DNA of 64,000 nucleotides from Octopus sinensis. Its lineage: Eukaryota. The stretch lies in the NCBI RefSeq assembly GCF_006345805.1, contig NC_043013.1:5828001-5892000 (forward strand). The letters are read 5' to 3'. Numbering within the stretch: position 1 is the stretch's first letter; the number at the start of each line of letters is the position of its first letter. Below, in pieces: positions 61,141 to 64,000 of this stretch. The notes beneath the pieces were generated by a model that saw nothing but the letters and a program-made list of their open reading frames with translations, did no database searches and was not told the DNA's origin. Position numbers and translations under genes: made by a program.

Positions 61141-63389
61141 ATATATATATATATATATATATAAAGTTGTCAGAGTCATTTCTCTAATGGCAGTGTATCA
61201 AAAAGTATATGCAATATCAACAGCTCAGCAATCTTTAATTGTGAGAAATATATGAAAATCTGTGTAATGTAACTGTACAATAAAACTTTCTAAAAACTTG
61301 TAATAACATTTATGTAATAGATAGACAGAAAGAGATTAGTAGGGGGAAAGAACTAATTTTATAGACAGAGAAAGAGAAAATTAATTATCTTTATCTTGTT
61401 TCCCAGATTTGAACCAGCTGACACTGTCTGACATCTCACTAGATGTTTATACTAACTGATCACTACTTTAAATTGGTTTCTTGAGGAGAAACCCAATTTG
61501 GTGTATACCAGCTTTCATTATATTACTGAATTGCAATGATACTTTTGCAGACTGAAGTTCTTTTTGTTTTTTTCATATCATAAACGGCAGTTATTGTGGC
61601 AAGGCACCCTAATGAGATGCTGAAGCAAAACTGGTGGCCATAAGAGTGAGAGCAAAGTGGTTTGACTACTGACAGCAAGATGAGAGGATCAAACCGGGTT
61701 AAAGCTGTTTACTCCTTAGACAGAATTCTATTTACTTCAAACACATTAGCTGAAAAACAGACACCCTTTTTTTCACACTGTAGAATGATTGGTATAAATA
61801 AAGCATAAACCAGTTGCTCCATCATTTCATATATGAAGGAATGAATTTACTACCCGAGTTAATATCAGTGTAAAAATGTAAAAACCATTGATAGGGATGA
61901 GGAATGTATTAAAATCATGTTAGTTTACTGATATTAGTAGAAAATATATTTTCTTAAGCTTAACTTAGTGTGTGTTTTAATAATGTTCATCCACAAAATC
62001 GATAGCTAACCAACGATGAGGGAAGATCAAAACTCACTGGAGTTCTTTGAGGACAGGCATGGTGGGATACGATCAATGCAGTTTAATGTGTTTAATTGTG
62101 ATTTCAGTCATGGGAAAATGTTTAAAGAAGAAGGTATGAATTACAGTTTCAAAGGCATGCGGCTCCACAGATGAAGATCTGAGACAAAAATATTCCAAGT
62201 AGAGAGCAAGACAGCATTGGTGGATTGTAGAATAGATCAAAATGTTTTGAAGTCGGTTTTATTTTTCACATTTTTACTGGTTTCAGTTGTTTGAGGCCAT
62301 GTTGGAGCATCACCCTGAAAGGTTTGGCTAAACAAATCAACCCTAGTACTTATCTTTAGGTCTGGTATATGTTCCCTCAGTCCCTTTCGCTGAATTGCTG
62401 GGTTATGGAGACATGGGAAAACCAACATCTGTTGCCACTTGGAAGTGAGGGACAAAGACACATATGTAGATAAAATGCACTCAGCACCCTCTGTAAAGTG
62501 GTTGGCATTAGGAAGGGCATCCAGCCATAGAAAGCTTGCCAAAACAGACAGTTTGGAGCTTGGTGCAGCTCTCTGGCTTGCCAGCTCCTGTCAAACCATC
62601 CAACCCATGCTAGCATGGAAAACAGACATTAAATGATGATGAAAGTACAGATTCTTACTCAGTAAGCAAGAAATGAAAAAAAATTCATTCTGTTTTCTTG
62701 TGTCTCTGTACACTTCCAACTGCTCTAACACTGCAATTTCAAAAAAAGAGCCTTAACAATGACGGGTTGATTTAGGTCCGTCATGAACTCTAGAGCTCAG
62801 AATGCTAGAGTTTACTTTGGTTTACATGGTGTATAAGTGACTGCGATTACATTACACCTACTGAATTGGAACACCAATCTATAACAGGGTTAACTTCCTA
62901 GCTATTGCTGGAGCTCATTTACAGCCAAGTGGACTGTGGTGGATGAAGTGTTTTGCTTAAGAACGCAACACACTGCCTGGCATCGAAACCATGATCCTAC
63001 AACTGCAAGCGCAACATCCTAACTACTAAGCTATGCAGTGCCTGAAGGGTTGGAAACAAAGAAGTCACAGATTTAAAAGTTTGAAGCAATCTAGGGATCC
63101 CACCCACCTCTTATAAGAAAATTTTACTTAAGAGCACAACAGTATTTTGGCTGAGTGTATTGAGAATTATCACTCACAAACACAGACATGTTCAACACTT
63201 AAAAATGATCGTTTATTACTGCACATGGATGTATGTGTATTCATTCCACATTCACACATGCTAGATGTCTGAGAAAATTCAATTGCTATCTTTTCTTTTT
63301 TTATCCTTGTCTCCCATGTTTACACAATCACAGAGAGAAGATTGACTAAATTAGCAGAGTACAACAGCACTAAACTGATAAGCTGACTA

Positions 63390-63640
63390 GCTCCTGTGCT
63401 GGTGGCATGTAAAAAGCACCGTTCAAGTGTGACTGATGCCAGTGCTACCTGACTGGCTCCCATGCCAGTGACACGTAAAAAGCACCCAGTACACGCTTGG
63501 AGTGGTTGGCGTTAGGAAGGGCATCCAGCTGTAGAAACACTGCCAGATCAGATTTGGGGCCCGGTGCAGCCTCCTGGCTTGCCAGTCCTCACTCAAACCA
63601 TCCAACCCTTGTCAGCACGGAGAGTGGACATTAAAATGAT
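63390..63640 (+). mobile_element. RTE 3'-tail copy (diverged subfamily)
   Basis: GGAGTGGTTGGCGTTAGGAAGGGCATCCAGCTGTAGAAAC block. Confidence 0.85.
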
Positions 63641-64000
63641 TATTATTATTATCATTATTATTAGCAAAGCAACAAGCTGGCAAAATTGTTGGTGTATCAG
63701 ATAAAATGTTTAATGACATTTCTTCCAGCTAGTCACACTCTGAGTTCAAATATCAACAAGGACAGCTTTGCTTTTTGTTCTTTTGGGAGTTAATATTAAT
63801 GACCCCAGTACTTGACTGATACTTTATTATCTAACCCATTCCTCCAAATTTCAGTCCTCATGCTTATGTTACAAAACAGTTGTTGTTGCTGTTGTTATTA
63901 ATTAGCTTCTGTATTTTGGGTTCAAATCCTGCTCGGGTTGACAGTCATCCTTCTTCAATGCAGAAGTTGATTCAATTAAAAAATTAATTTCTTTTGTTTT

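Noticed and set aside
62758-62795. Hairpin followed by CTAG, like a Helitron 3' end
   Set aside because: Single short hairpin, atypical spacing, and no 5' end or second copy seen.

Overview
AT-rich, microsatellite-dense eukaryotic DNA with no prokaryotic operons, rRNA, intact tRNA genes or CRISPR arrays. The repeat landscape suggests a coleoid cephalopod such as Octopus (inference from recalled repeat families). Most of the window is transposon-derived: at least three tRNA-derived SINE families, a 5'-truncated RTE LINE with many short 3'-tail copies, an R4/Dong-type endonuclease remnant, a DD37D (maT) Tc1/mariner relic, and TTAA-flanked piggyBac-like MITEs. The only host-gene signal is two or three short candidate minus-strand exons (54537-54598, 46277-46350, 44508-44581), possibly followed by a long 3' UTR; the gene was not identified. 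The most unusual pattern is a recurring set of minimal hammerhead-ribozyme-like motifs of the Penelope pLTR type, mostly decayed. They sit largely in (TA)n-associated inverted-repeat (foldback) elements, and one lies downstream of a tRNA-like Pol III head (23017-23302). Nearly all ORFs in the supplied track are spurious. All calls were made by eye; boundaries of degraded repeats are approximate.
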